This document shows positions 37,546-47,149 of a DNA stretch of 63,807 bases, piece by piece. The notes beneath the pieces are model-generated. The model searched no databases, was not told where the DNA came from, and was given only the letters and a program-made list of their open reading frames with translations. The stretch comes from Bacteroidales bacterium. Its GTDB lineage: Bacteria; Bacteroidota; Bacteroidia; Bacteroidales; VadinHA17. The stretch is taken from positions 1 through 63,807 of the forward strand of contig JANYIW010000189.1 in assembly GCA_025358645.1 (NCBI GenBank), in the 5' to 3' direction. The translations under genes and the position numbers were made by a program. Position 1 is the first letter of the stretch, and each line of letters starts with the position of its first letter.

Positions 37546-38655
37546 TTGAAAAAAAGTCTCAATATACTTATATGTCCCCTGGAGTGGGGATTGGGTCATG
37601 CCACCCGAATGATCCCTCTTGCAAGAAAGCTTCAGGAGATGAATCATAATGTAATTATTGGCTCGGGAGAGGAACATCTGTCATTGTTCCGGTATGAAGT
37701 ACCTGGTTTATCATATATCAATTTCCCTGGTTTCAAACCGGGGTACTCACGATTTCTTCCACAATATCTTTCACTTATTTTTAAAATACCCCTACTGCTG
37801 TACCATATAATAAAAGAACACTCGGGATTAAAAAAAATTATTGAGAAATATACTGTTGATATTGTAATCAGCGACAATAGGTTCGGTCTGTGGAATATGA
37901 ATATCACATCAGTATATGTAACTCACATGCCACTGATCCCTTTGCCTAAGTTTCTGAAGTTCCTGGAACCCATAGGTGTTCTTTTACACAGGTTAATCAT
38001 TAAAAAATATTCTCTTTGTTTCATTCCCGATTTACCCGGGGATCTTAACCTGTCAGGCAGATTGTCGCATGGCATAAAACTCCCTGATAATATCAGGTAT
38101 ATCGGAATTTTATCAAGGTTTTTAAATTCAGTGCAGTTCCCAAATGAGAATCAGGTAAGCTTTCAACATAACACGGTTATCCTTTCCGGACCAGAACCTC
38201 AAAGGGAAATCCTTAAACAGAAACTTATAACTCTTCTTAAGGATAAAGAGCCTCTGACTGTTATGTTTGAAGGGAATCCGGCGAATATCGGGGACATTGC
38301 CCAAAACGGGAATATTACCTTTTATAGTCACCTTCCTGCTTTCAGGATGAAAGATATTATTGAAAAGAGTGACAGTATCATTACAAGATCTGGCTATACT
38401 ACAATTATGGAACTTGTGAGTCTGAACTGCACTGCATTGATTATACCCACACCCGGACAAACAGAGCAGGAATACCTCGCAGAATACCTTTCAGAAAAGG
38501 GGTGGTTTTATACTGTTTCTCAAGGTGAAATAAAAGAGGGAATTTCCCTGAGGACAGGAAAGGCCATCTGGCAAAATGAAATAAACAGTCAAAGCGGTAT
38601 ACTTTTAAATGAAGCGTTAAAAGAAATGCTGACAGAGCATCATAAAAATTGTTAG
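37546..38655 (+). CDS. glycosyltransferase (GT28/MurG-like fold)
   Basis: 369 aa. It starts at TTG, 2 nt after the radical SAM stop. N-terminal G-loop CPLEWGLGHATR, then C-terminal SRSGYTTIMEL and IPTPGQTEQE motifs. Confidence 0.65.
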   Translation: MKKSLNILICPLEWGLGHATRMIPLARKLQEMNHNVIIGSGEEHLSLFRYEVPGLSYINFPGFKPGYSRFLPQYLSLIFKIPLLLYHIIKEHSGLKKIIEKYTVDIVISDNRFGLWNMNITSVYVTHMPLIPLPKFLKFLEPIGVLLHRLIIKKYSLCFIPDLPGDLNLSGRLSHGIKLPDNIRYIGILSRFLNSVQFPNENQVSFQHNTVILSGPEPQREILKQKLITLLKDKEPLTVMFEGNPANIGDIAQNGNITFYSHLPAFRMKDIIEKSDSIITRSGYTTIMELVSLNCTALIIPTPGQTEQEYLAEYLSEKGWFYTVSQGEIKEGISLRTGKAIWQNEINSQSGILLNEALKEMLTEHHKNC

Positions 38656-39264
38656 TCCAAAAAGTCCTGTGAACAATCCAATCCAGACCTGCTGAGGGTT
38701 ATGAAGATTAAGTTTCAATCTTGAGAAAAGAACCAATCCTCCTGTTATTATGACTGAGATCAGATACCATTCTAACGACGTCAACATTTTTACTGAAAGA
38801 ATTAAAACAAGGCCGATAAGTGCACCTGCGCCAACAGAATGAAGTGAAATCTTCCACCAGAAATTAATCACAGTAACTATAATTGACAGAATGAATGCAG
38901 CAAAAATAAACGATTTCAAAAAAACAGGAATGGGGAACCTGAAAATTATAAATGAACTGGCTCCGTAGAGGACAGTAGTAATTATCAAAGGAATATTCCG
39001 TTCTTTTCTTTCGCTTATGGTCCATGAGCTGATAACCTTATTATGAATAAAAAAAGGTAATACAGAAAGAGGTAATAAGACATTATTAACCATCATAATA
39101 AGAAATAATAATTTCTTCACGTTAAAAGAAAGATATCCAAACAAAGTGGGCGCTGAAAAAATGATTGCCATTCCATAGACAGGCATCAGTAACGGATGAA
39201 AAATTATTGCAATTATTTTTGCAAGCGTTTCAGGGAAATCCCCCGGTTTGTCAGTGGTCATCAT
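38617..39264 (-). CDS. polytopic membrane protein, PAP2-like
   Basis: 215 aa with 6 predicted TM helices. KISLHSVGAG and SRLKLNLHNPQQV resemble PAP2 motifs C2 and C3. Its ATGA start overlaps the rpoN stop. Confidence 0.45.
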   Translation of the reverse strand: MMTTDKPGDFPETLAKIIAIIFHPLLMPVYGMAIIFSAPTLFGYLSFNVKKLLFLIMMVNNVLLPLSVLPFFIHNKVISSWTISERKERNIPLIITTVLYGASSFIIFRFPIPVFLKSFIFAAFILSIIVTVINFWWKISLHSVGAGALIGLVLILSVKMLTSLEWYLISVIITGGLVLFSRLKLNLHNPQQVWIGLFTGLFGLTIFMMLCQHFF

Positions 39265-40715
39265 ATCTCTCTCCTCAGTCTTGCTACAGGAATATTTAGT
39301 TGTTCACGGTATTTTGCGACAGTGCGGCGAGCGATCTGATATCCCTTTTCCTGGAGGATATCGGTAAGGCTCTCATCTGTCAAAGGTCTCCGTTTTTGTT
39401 CATTTTCAATACAATCCTGCAAAATTCTTTTTATTTCTCGTGTTGATACTTCTTCTCCGCTATCTGTCTGAAGTCCTTCCGAGAAGAAAAACTTCAGAGG
39501 AAAAATCCCAAAATGAGTCTGCACAAATTTACTGTTTGCTACCCTTGAAACTGTTGAAATATCGAGGCCTGTCATCTCTGCAACATCTTTCAGGATCATT
39601 GGTTTTAATCTTGTCTCATCGCCATCAATGAAGTACTCCTGCTGGTATTCGAGAATAGCATTCATTGTCAATAAAAGAGTATTTTGTCGCTGTTTTATAG
39701 CGTCAATAAACCATTTGGCAGAATCAATTTTTTGCTTAACAAAAAGAACAGCATCTTTCATCTCTTTTTTCTGACTCTTGTCTTTGCTGTAAGAATGAAG
39801 CATCTCGCTATACGCGGAACTTAACCTGAGTTCAGGTTGGTTTTTTGAATTTAGATGAAGATCAAACCCGTCTTCAGACAGCTCCAGAATAAAGTCTGGA
39901 ATTATCGGTTGTGAAGTTTTATTAAAGGGATCGCTGTAAACTCCTCCCGGCTTGGGATTAAGTCTCAAAACCTCATCAATAGCCGATTTAAGTTCTTGTT
40001 CTGTAATGCCAAGACGAGCAATGATCTTATCGTAATGTCTTTTTGTGAATTCTTCAAAATATAAATCGAGAATTGTGTGAGCAAGCTTTATTGAAGACTG
40101 CGAATTGTCGCGTTTATCTATCTGCAGAAGCAGGCATTCCCTTAGGGTTCTTGCACCCACTCCGGCAGGTTCAAGATCCTGAATTATTTTAAGGACCTCT
40201 TCAAGATCACTTTCGGTAGTTTCAATATTCTGAAGGAAAGCAAGATCATCCACTATGTTTATAAGCTCTCTTCTCAGATATCCATCTTCATCAAGATTAC
40301 CGAGGATATATTCCCCGAGGATTTTCTGATTCTCAGTAAGATCCCTCAGGCTGAACTGTGATTCGAGATGTTCCTGAAAGGAAAATCCTACTGAAAAAGG
40401 TATTTCGGTTCTTTTATCTTCATCTTTACTATAGTTTTTTGCCTGAAGGCGGTAATCAGGAATATCGTCTTCTTCTATATAGTCATCTATCGTAAATTCA
40501 TCCTGATCTTTATCCTTTTCGTCAACCTGATCATCCTCTGTTTCAGCCGGGATCTCTTCTTCCTCAGCTCCTTCTTCAAGAGCAGGGTTTTCCTCAAGTT
40601 CCTTTTTAATACGCTGCTCAATCTGTAAAGTAGGAACTTCCAACAGCTTGATCATCTGGATTTGCTGTGGTGAAAGTTTCTGCAGCAATTTCTGCTGTAA
40701 CCTTTGGTTTAACAT
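39261..40715 (-). CDS. rpoN: RNA polymerase sigma-54 factor
   Basis: 484 aa. Gln-rich N-terminus, acidic region II and the C-terminal RpoN box ARRTVAKYRE. Confidence 0.95.
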   Translation of the reverse strand: MLNQRLQQKLLQKLSPQQIQMIKLLEVPTLQIEQRIKKELEENPALEEGAEEEEIPAETEDDQVDEKDKDQDEFTIDDYIEEDDIPDYRLQAKNYSKDEDKRTEIPFSVGFSFQEHLESQFSLRDLTENQKILGEYILGNLDEDGYLRRELINIVDDLAFLQNIETTESDLEEVLKIIQDLEPAGVGARTLRECLLLQIDKRDNSQSSIKLAHTILDLYFEEFTKRHYDKIIARLGITEQELKSAIDEVLRLNPKPGGVYSDPFNKTSQPIIPDFILELSEDGFDLHLNSKNQPELRLSSAYSEMLHSYSKDKSQKKEMKDAVLFVKQKIDSAKWFIDAIKQRQNTLLLTMNAILEYQQEYFIDGDETRLKPMILKDVAEMTGLDISTVSRVANSKFVQTHFGIFPLKFFFSEGLQTDSGEEVSTREIKRILQDCIENEQKRRPLTDESLTDILQEKGYQIARRTVAKYREQLNIPVARLRREI

Positions 40716-40755
40716 CCTTTACTCCTCAAATTATTTATCCGGGATTAAGAATATA

Positions 40756-42153
40756 TTAAAATTCAGCATTCTTAGGTGTTCTTGGGAACGGAATCACATC
40801 GCGTATATTTGACATTCCGGTAACGAATAATATTAATCTTTCAAACCCCAGACCAAATCCGCTGTGTGGTGCAGAACCATATTTCCTTGTGTCGAGGTAC
40901 CACCAGAAATCCTTTTCCTGTAACTTCAACTCTTTAATACGTGAAAGCAACTTGTCATATTGTTCCTCTCTCTGAGATCCGCCTATTATCTCGCCTATAC
41001 CGGGAAACAGAACATCCATGGCTTTTACAGTTTTGCCATCATCATTCTGTTTCATATAAAACGCCTTTATTTCTTTAGGATAATCAGTAAGTATCACGGG
41101 CCGTTTGAAATGTTCTTCAACCAGATATCTTTCATGTTCCGCCTGCAGGTCGCGGCCCCAGCCAACCTTGTATTCCCATTTTTTCCCTGAAGCTGTGAGT
41201 ATTGAAACTGCTTCTGTATATGTTAGTCTTACAAAATCATTCTCCAAAACAAATCTGAGTTTTTCAAGAAGGGCTTTATCAATCATAGTATTTAGAAACT
41301 CAAGATCTTCGACGCAGTTATCAAGTGCATATCTGATAAGATATTTAACAAACTCTTCTGCCAGATCCATATTATCATTAAGGTCGTAGAATGCCATCTC
41401 GGGTTCTATCATCCAGAATTCTGCAAGGTGTCTGGGTGTGTTGGAGTTCTCTGCCCTGAAAGTAGGTCCGAAAGTGTAGATATCTCCTAAAGAAAGAGCG
41501 CCCAGTTCCCCTTCGAGCTGGCCGGAAACAGTCAGGTTTGTCTCTTTTCCGAAGAAATCGTTATTGTAATCCACAGAACCATCCTCTTTATGAGGCATGT
41601 TTTTCAGATCCATAGTTGTAACATGGAACATCTCCCCGGCCCCTTCACAATCACTTCCTGTTATAATGGGAGTATGCAGATAGATGAATCCTTTATCGTT
41701 AAAGAACTTGTGAATAGCAAAAGCCATTGCATGCCTGATCCTGAACACAGCGCCAAATGTATTGGTCCTGAAGCGCAGATGAGCATTCTCTCTGAGGAAT
41801 TCCATTGAATGTCCCTTCTTCTGAAGAGGATAGGATTCAGCATCACTTTTCCCATAAAGCTCAATGGCTGAGGCGCTTATTTCGATATTCTGACCCTGTC
41901 CCTGAGACTCAATGAGCTTACCTGTAACACCTATGCAGGCTCCTGTTGAAATCTCTTTTAGCAGATTCTCATCAAAAGATGCAGCTTCCACAACGACCTG
42001 AATATTATTTATTGTCGAACCGTCATTAAGGGCAATAAACTGAATATTTTTGTTTCCCCTCCTGGTTCTTACCCAGCCTTTCACAAGCACATCTGATCCC
42101 AACAACGGGTTGGATAACAGGTTTTTTACCTTAGTTCTTTTCATCTTATGCAA
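40756..42153 (-). CDS. asnS: asparagine--tRNA ligase
   Basis: 465 aa. OB-fold N-domain, class II motifs ([36 protein letters not shown]). The start may be Met-4 (42144). Confidence 0.95.
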   Translation of the reverse strand: MHKMKRTKVKNLLSNPLLGSDVLVKGWVRTRRGNKNIQFIALNDGSTINNIQVVVEAASFDENLLKEISTGACIGVTGKLIESQGQGQNIEISASAIELYGKSDAESYPLQKKGHSMEFLRENAHLRFRTNTFGAVFRIRHAMAFAIHKFFNDKGFIYLHTPIITGSDCEGAGEMFHVTTMDLKNMPHKEDGSVDYNNDFFGKETNLTVSGQLEGELGALSLGDIYTFGPTFRAENSNTPRHLAEFWMIEPEMAFYDLNDNMDLAEEFVKYLIRYALDNCVEDLEFLNTMIDKALLEKLRFVLENDFVRLTYTEAVSILTASGKKWEYKVGWGRDLQAEHERYLVEEHFKRPVILTDYPKEIKAFYMKQNDDGKTVKAMDVLFPGIGEIIGGSQREEQYDKLLSRIKELKLQEKDFWWYLDTRKYGSAPHSGFGLGFERLILFVTGMSNIRDVIPFPRTPKNAEF

Positions 42154-42256
42154 TTAATATCAAAAAAAATCGAATGTGCAAAAATAATAAAATGTTAACC
42201 GCTAAGGAAGTATGGGTCGCATTTATTTCTTTATTTGAATATTGATAAAATCTGAA

Positions 42257-42264
42257 TAACTTTG
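42257..42264 (+). promoter_or_regulatory. candidate -7 box (TAACTTTG) for the usp-gldA pair
   Basis: A TAnnTTTG match 28 nt upstream of ATG 42292. Confidence 0.45.
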
Positions 42265-42291
42265 GATATAAAATTGTAAACCGTCAGAGCT

Positions 42292-43143
42292 ATGGAAGAA
42301 AAGAAGAAACTAATAGTTGTACCATGGGATTTTTCTCATGTTGCTGAACATGCATTGGCGCATGCAGTTAAGATTAGTCGTATGGTAGGCAATGACATTT
42401 GTCTTTTGCATATTGTAGATTCAGGTATCAATCCTAAAGCGCTTGCCCAAAAAAACTCACTCCTAAAACGACTGGTAGAGGAAAACGGTAAAAAATACAA
42501 TGTTGGTATTCTTTATCATATTTCTAAAGGAAGTATATTTTCTGCAATTGCCAATTATGCGAATGAGAAGGAAGCCAGCCTGGTGGTTATGGGCACACAT
42601 GGCATGAAAGGGATGCAAAAGCTTACCGGCAGTTGGGCATTAAAAGTTATCGTTAAATCAAAGATTCCATTCATTGTGGTACAGGATCCTCCAGCCGATC
42701 AGGAGAGATATCATAATATTGTATTCCCCGTTGATTTCAGGGGAGAGAACAAGGAGAAGATTAAAATGGCCATCTTTATGGGGAAATATTTTGAGTCAAA
42801 GGTCCATTTGTTAGTTTCCGTCAGCACCGATAAGAACATATTAAAAAAGACAAAAGTTAATTTAAATTTCGGTATCAAATACCTGATGCAAAATAATATA
42901 GAATACGAAATCCACGATATGCCTAAAGGGAACGCGGCTGAACAGACAATCGATTTCGCACAAAAGATTAATGCCGACCTGATTCTGATTGTGACAACCA
43001 AGAATATAACATTTGCCGATTATATAGTAGGAGCTTCTGAGCAACAAATTATTGCAAACAGTTCCAAGATCCCGGTCTGCTGCGTAAATCCAAAATTATC
43101 ATTTGCCAACGTAGGACAATTTATGGGTGGATGGGGATCATAA
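42292..43143 (+). CDS. universal stress protein (tandem Usp domains)
   Basis: 283 aa with two Usp-like halves. LVVMGTHGMKG matches the G-2x-G-9x-G(S/T) ATP-loop region. Confidence 0.75.
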   Translation: MEEKKKLIVVPWDFSHVAEHALAHAVKISRMVGNDICLLHIVDSGINPKALAQKNSLLKRLVEENGKKYNVGILYHISKGSIFSAIANYANEKEASLVVMGTHGMKGMQKLTGSWALKVIVKSKIPFIVVQDPPADQERYHNIVFPVDFRGENKEKIKMAIFMGKYFESKVHLLVSVSTDKNILKKTKVNLNFGIKYLMQNNIEYEIHDMPKGNAAEQTIDFAQKINADLILIVTTKNITFADYIVGASEQQIIANSSKIPVCCVNPKLSFANVGQFMGGWGS

Positions 43144-43168
43144 AAAATGAAAAAATAATATCCGGAAT

Positions 43169-44083
43169 ATGTCCATTATAGTACAGAGTGTTTCAAAATT
43201 TTATGGCCAACAAAAAGCTCTGGATAATATCTCTTTCGAAGTAAGGACCGGCGAAATAGTCGGATTTATTGGTCCTAATGGCGCCGGTAAGTCAACGTTG
43301 ATGAAGATTATTACGGGATTTATCCCAGCCTCAACAGGAAAGATAAGTGTTAATGGCCTTCCCGTTGAAGGCGACAATCCCGAAGTTAAAAGGCAAATAG
43401 GTTATCTTCCCGAGAACAATCCTCTTTACCCGGAAATGTACGTCAGGGAATACCTGGGATTCGTGGCTTCAATTTATAAGACAGGCTTATCCATTAAAAA
43501 GCAGACCGATAATATTATCGAATTGACAGGACTTGCGCCTGAACAGAATAAAAAGATTGGCGCGCTTTCTAAAGGATTCAGACAAAGGGTCGGGCTGGCA
43601 CAGGCTCTAATCCACAATCCTTCTGTACTGATCCTTGATGAGGCTACTACCGGCCTCGACCCGAATCAGATTGTTGAGATACGGAATCTTATAAAAGAGG
43701 CCGGAAAGAAAAAAACGGTTATGCTTTCAACACATATCATGCAGGAAGTTGAAGCTATATGCGACAGGGTAATAATAATTGATAAAGGCGTAATTGTTGC
43801 TGATGAAGAAAAGAGTAATATCTATTCTAAAATTAAACGCCCTAAGCAGGTTATACATGTTGAGTTCGATAAGGATACGAAAGAATCGTCTCTTGCAGAA
43901 ATTACAAATGTGAAAAGTGTAAAAAAAATCCGGGACAATGTATGGCTGATTGAGGCAGATAGTGATGAAGATATAAGGCCTTCTCTTTTCAACTATGCAG
44001 TAAAAAATAATCTTACAGTCCTTTCACTAAATAAACAGGAGAGTAATCTTGAAGAGGTCTTCCGGCAACTCACGAATGGATAA
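43169..44083 (+). CDS. gldA: gliding-motility-associated ABC transporter ATP-binding protein GldA
   Basis: 304 aa. KALDNISFEVRTGEIVGFIGPNGAGKSTLMKIITGFI closely resembles the GldA N-terminus as I remember it. It also has signature LSKGFRQRV and Walker B LILDE. Confidence 0.7.
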   Translation: MSIIVQSVSKFYGQQKALDNISFEVRTGEIVGFIGPNGAGKSTLMKIITGFIPASTGKISVNGLPVEGDNPEVKRQIGYLPENNPLYPEMYVREYLGFVASIYKTGLSIKKQTDNIIELTGLAPEQNKKIGALSKGFRQRVGLAQALIHNPSVLILDEATTGLDPNQIVEIRNLIKEAGKKKTVMLSTHIMQEVEAICDRVIIIDKGVIVADEEKSNIYSKIKRPKQVIHVEFDKDTKESSLAEITNVKSVKKIRDNVWLIEADSDEDIRPSLFNYAVKNNLTVLSLNKQESNLEEVFRQLTNG

Positions 44084-44084
44084 T

Positions 44085-44113
44085 ACTGCCTGCTGGTAGG
44101 CAGGGTAGGCAGT
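44085..44113. repeat. CTGCC...GGTAGGCAGGGTAGGCAG palindromic module
   Basis: actgcctgctggtaggcagggtaggcagt directly follows the gldA stop. The same module recurs at 53986-54024. Three TTTTGCA repeats follow at about 44128-44155. Confidence 0.8.
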
Positions 44114-44162
44114 CAGGGGCGGCTTTCCTTTTGCATTTTGCATTTTGCATTTTTGTTTATAA

Positions 44163-44541
44163 CTGTAAACTTAAGCTCTGGGGATGAATGAGAAACTGCA
44201 TAAAAAAGTTTCCCCTCCTTTTGAAGGAGGGGTGGTCGGGAAGATTGATTATCTTATATATACAGCATTTTATTTCCCGACCGGGGTGGTTGATTCTTTG
44301 ATTCAGAAGACAACACAGTATAGGTAACTACATAGTTGACTTTTTTTGTGCTTCAGAAAAAAAACACATCAACCACCCCGGCCGGTATCAGGATTTGTAT
44401 TATATTTAATTAGTTGTCCGGCCACCCCTCCTTCAAAAGGAGGGGAAATGTATCGAATACATATTCAATACTTTACATTCTGTTTTGTACCAACCTCTCT
44501 CACTATTTTACTATATTTAACACCTTAGCTTGACGGCTATG
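44163..44541. mobile_element. internally deleted copy (B) of the DUF559-bearing palindromic element
   Basis: Near-identical to copy A over both arms. It keeps only the first ~20 DUF559 codons (FRRQHSIGNYIVDFFCASEK) and then jumps to the right arm (..cagaaaaaaaacacatcaaccacccc). The right terminus TTGACGGCTATG is at 44530-44541. Confidence 0.7.
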
Positions 44542-44620
44542 CCCATTTGGGGGGTTGGGGGGTTAGGAAGCTTGGGGGTTAGGAGGCTAGGGGGGTTGGG
44601 GGGTTAGGAGGCTGGGGGCT
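44542..44620. repeat. G-run tandem array (GGGGGGTTGGGGGGTTAGGAGGCT-type units)
   Basis: The sequence is cccatttggggggttggggggttaggaagcttgggggttaggaggctaggggggttggggggttaggaggctgggggct, with six G5-G6 runs within 79 nt on the + strand. Confidence 0.85.
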
Positions 44621-44828
44621 TAAAGGCTAAGTCAGTGAGAAAATCAAATATTCTGTGTTTAAATTTCCTGATACTCGTTTTTTTTAGTTGCTTTGCATCG
44701 TAATAGATTAGTGGAAAGATTTGTACTGATTGCAACCACAGGAAAAAAATGCTAAACCCGGGCCATTCCCTTTTTACAATCAAACAATTTTCCTGTATGA
44801 TGTTTAATAATAAATTAATAATATTATT

Positions 44829-46175
44829 ATGGGATATTTATTTACTTCAGAATCAGTTTCAGAAGGTCACCCCGATAAGGTAGCCGATCAGATCTCAGAT
44901 TCATTGCTTGACGAATTCCTTCGCTGGGATCCGGAATCAAAAGTTGCCTGCGAGACATTTGTAACAACCGGACTAGTTGTCTGTGGTGGAGAAGTCCGTA
45001 CTACAGGCTGGGTTGATCATCAGGAAAGCGCCAGAAGTGTAATACGTGATATTGGATACACAAAAGCCGAATATCGTTTCGATTGCGATTCATGCGGTGT
45101 TATCTCCACTATACATGAACAATCAGGCGATATAAATCAGGGTGTTGTTCGTGCTAAACCTGAAGAACAGGGAGCCGGTGACCAGGGTATGATGTTCGGC
45201 TACGCCTGTCGTGAAATGGATAATTATATGCCATTAACAATAGAGCTCGCCCACAGACTTCTTCAGGAACTGGCAGCAATCAGACATGAAGGGAAACAGA
45301 TGAAATATCTGAGACCCGACAGCAAATCACAGGTTACAATTGAGTATGATGACTCTCACAATCCTCTTCGGATCGACACAATAGTTATAAGCACCCAACA
45401 TGATGAATTTGTTCTGCCAAAAGACAAATCACATAAAGCTGAACTTGCTGCTGAAAAAGAAATGCAACAGCAGATCCGGGAAGATCTTGAAAAATTCCTT
45501 ATTCCAAGAGTTAAAAAAACACTTCCTGCAAGAATTCAAAAACTGTTTAACAGCGAATATAAACTTATGGTCAATCCTACAGGCAAATTTGTCATAGGAG
45601 GGCCTCACGGGGATACCGGTCTTACAGGTCGTAAAATAATTGTTGATACTTACGGTGGTCATGGCGCTCATGGAGGTGGTGCATTTTCAGGTAAGGACTC
45701 TTCTAAAGTTGACAGATCAGCAGCTTATGCCGCACGTCATATTGCGAAAAACCTTGTGGCTGCAGGAGTTTGCGACCAGGCATTGATCCAGGTGGCTTAT
45801 GCGATTGGTGTTGCTGACCCTGTTGGACTATATGTAAATACTTATGGTACGGCCAGGGTGAAAGACAAAAAAGGAAATCCTCTTCACGATGGTGAGATTG
45901 CTCAGACAATAAATAAGCTTTTCGATATGAGGCCATATTCAATAGTCCAGCGCTTTGGCCTGAAAAATCCCATATTCCTCCCAACTGCATCCTACGGGCA
46001 CTTCGGACGTGAAAGTTATTCAAAAAATGTTGATGTTTATTATGAAGTACCCGGAAGTAAGCCAAAAGTCCTGAACTTAAACGGGAAAATGGCTTACCAG
46101 AAAAAAGTTGAATTCTTTGGCTGGGAAAAACTCGACTATGTAGATAAGATCAAAAAGGCGTTTAAGATCAATTAG
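44829..46175 (+). CDS. metK: S-adenosylmethionine synthase
   Basis: 448 aa. [33 protein letters not shown] and GGGAFSGKD(S)SKVDRSAAY. Confidence 0.95.
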   Translation: MGYLFTSESVSEGHPDKVADQISDSLLDEFLRWDPESKVACETFVTTGLVVCGGEVRTTGWVDHQESARSVIRDIGYTKAEYRFDCDSCGVISTIHEQSGDINQGVVRAKPEEQGAGDQGMMFGYACREMDNYMPLTIELAHRLLQELAAIRHEGKQMKYLRPDSKSQVTIEYDDSHNPLRIDTIVISTQHDEFVLPKDKSHKAELAAEKEMQQQIREDLEKFLIPRVKKTLPARIQKLFNSEYKLMVNPTGKFVIGGPHGDTGLTGRKIIVDTYGGHGAHGGGAFSGKDSSKVDRSAAYAARHIAKNLVAAGVCDQALIQVAYAIGVADPVGLYVNTYGTARVKDKKGNPLHDGEIAQTINKLFDMRPYSIVQRFGLKNPIFLPTASYGHFGRESYSKNVDVYYEVPGSKPKVLNLNGKMAYQKKVEFFGWEKLDYVDKIKKAFKIN

Positions 46176-46183
46176 AACTAATA

Positions 46184-47137
46184 TCAGAACGTTGCCTTAA
46201 CAATCCTCGCGATATTATCGGATCTTCCGAGTGTATAGTAATGGATACCAGGGACACCCATTTTGATTAATTCCCTTGATTGCATAACAGCCCAATCTAC
46301 TCCGGCTTCTCTTGCTTCATCGTCATTTTTGCATTTCTTTACTGCAGAGAACAGGTCATTTGGCAGATCAATATGAAATGTCTGTGGAAGTAACTTAATG
46401 TCATTCAATGCCGATATGGGTTTAATACCCGGTATAACCGGAACAGTTATCCCAATCTTTAAACACTCATCCCTGAATCTGCAGAATCTGTTATTATCAA
46501 AAAACATCTGGGTTACTATATAACTGGCTCCTGCATCAACCTTTCGTTTCAGATTCTCCATATCCACCAGTCTGTTAGCAGCTTCAAAGTGCTTCTCGGG
46601 ATAACCTGCCACTCCTATGCAAAAATTTGTAGGATCAGGATTTTCAAGACTATCCTCCAGATATTTACCCTTGTTCAGGTTAACGATCTGCTGTACAAGC
46701 TCATCTGCATGAGTATGCCCATTCTTCTCTGGAATAAATGCCCTGGTTCCTTTCTGCGGATCACCTCTTAAAGCAAGAACATCATCAATCCCGAGGAACC
46801 TCATCTCAATAAGTACATTTTCTGTCTCCTCTTTTGTGAATCCACCGCACAGAAGATGCGGAACCACAAGTATGTTGTATTTATATTTGACAGCTGCAGC
46901 AAGAGCAAATGTACCGGGACGGAGACGAACAATCCTCTTTTCAAGAAGGCCATCGGGCCGTTCCCTTAAAAGAGTTTCATTCCGGTGCGAAGTGAAGTTT
47001 ATATAGGCAGGTTCATACTCCATAAGCCTGTCAATAGCTGCATAAGTTCGCTCTATACTATGCCCTTTCAGGGGAGGAAGAAGTTCAAAGGTGAATAATG
47101 GTCCTTTCGCGTTGTTAATCTTTTCTATTACAGTCAT
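46184..47137 (-). CDS. metF: methylenetetrahydrofolate reductase
   Basis: 317 aa. FTFELLPP..., LALRGDP and GYPE motifs. It lies 12 nt downstream of metH. Confidence 0.9.
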   Translation of the reverse strand: MTVIEKINNAKGPLFTFELLPPLKGHSIERTYAAIDRLMEYEPAYINFTSHRNETLLRERPDGLLEKRIVRLRPGTFALAAAVKYKYNILVVPHLLCGGFTKEETENVLIEMRFLGIDDVLALRGDPQKGTRAFIPEKNGHTHADELVQQIVNLNKGKYLEDSLENPDPTNFCIGVAGYPEKHFEAANRLVDMENLKRKVDAGASYIVTQMFFDNNRFCRFRDECLKIGITVPVIPGIKPISALNDIKLLPQTFHIDLPNDLFSAVKKCKNDDEAREAGVDWAVMQSRELIKMGVPGIHYYTLGRSDNIARIVKATF

Positions 47138-47149
47138 TGCAAGGTGATA

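Noticed and set aside
44346-44528. 60-aa ORF inside element copy B; also 31901..32104 (67 aa, minus strand) inside copy A.
   Set aside because: Both lie entirely within the repeat arms or antisense to the DUF559 remnant, and neither is conserved between copies as a frame.
44542-44620. Possibility that the G-run units (or the heptamers at 9667-9708) form a CRISPR array.
   Set aside because: The units are 7-24 nt, directly adjoining or irregularly spaced, with no unique spacers of constant length. There are no cas genes in the window.
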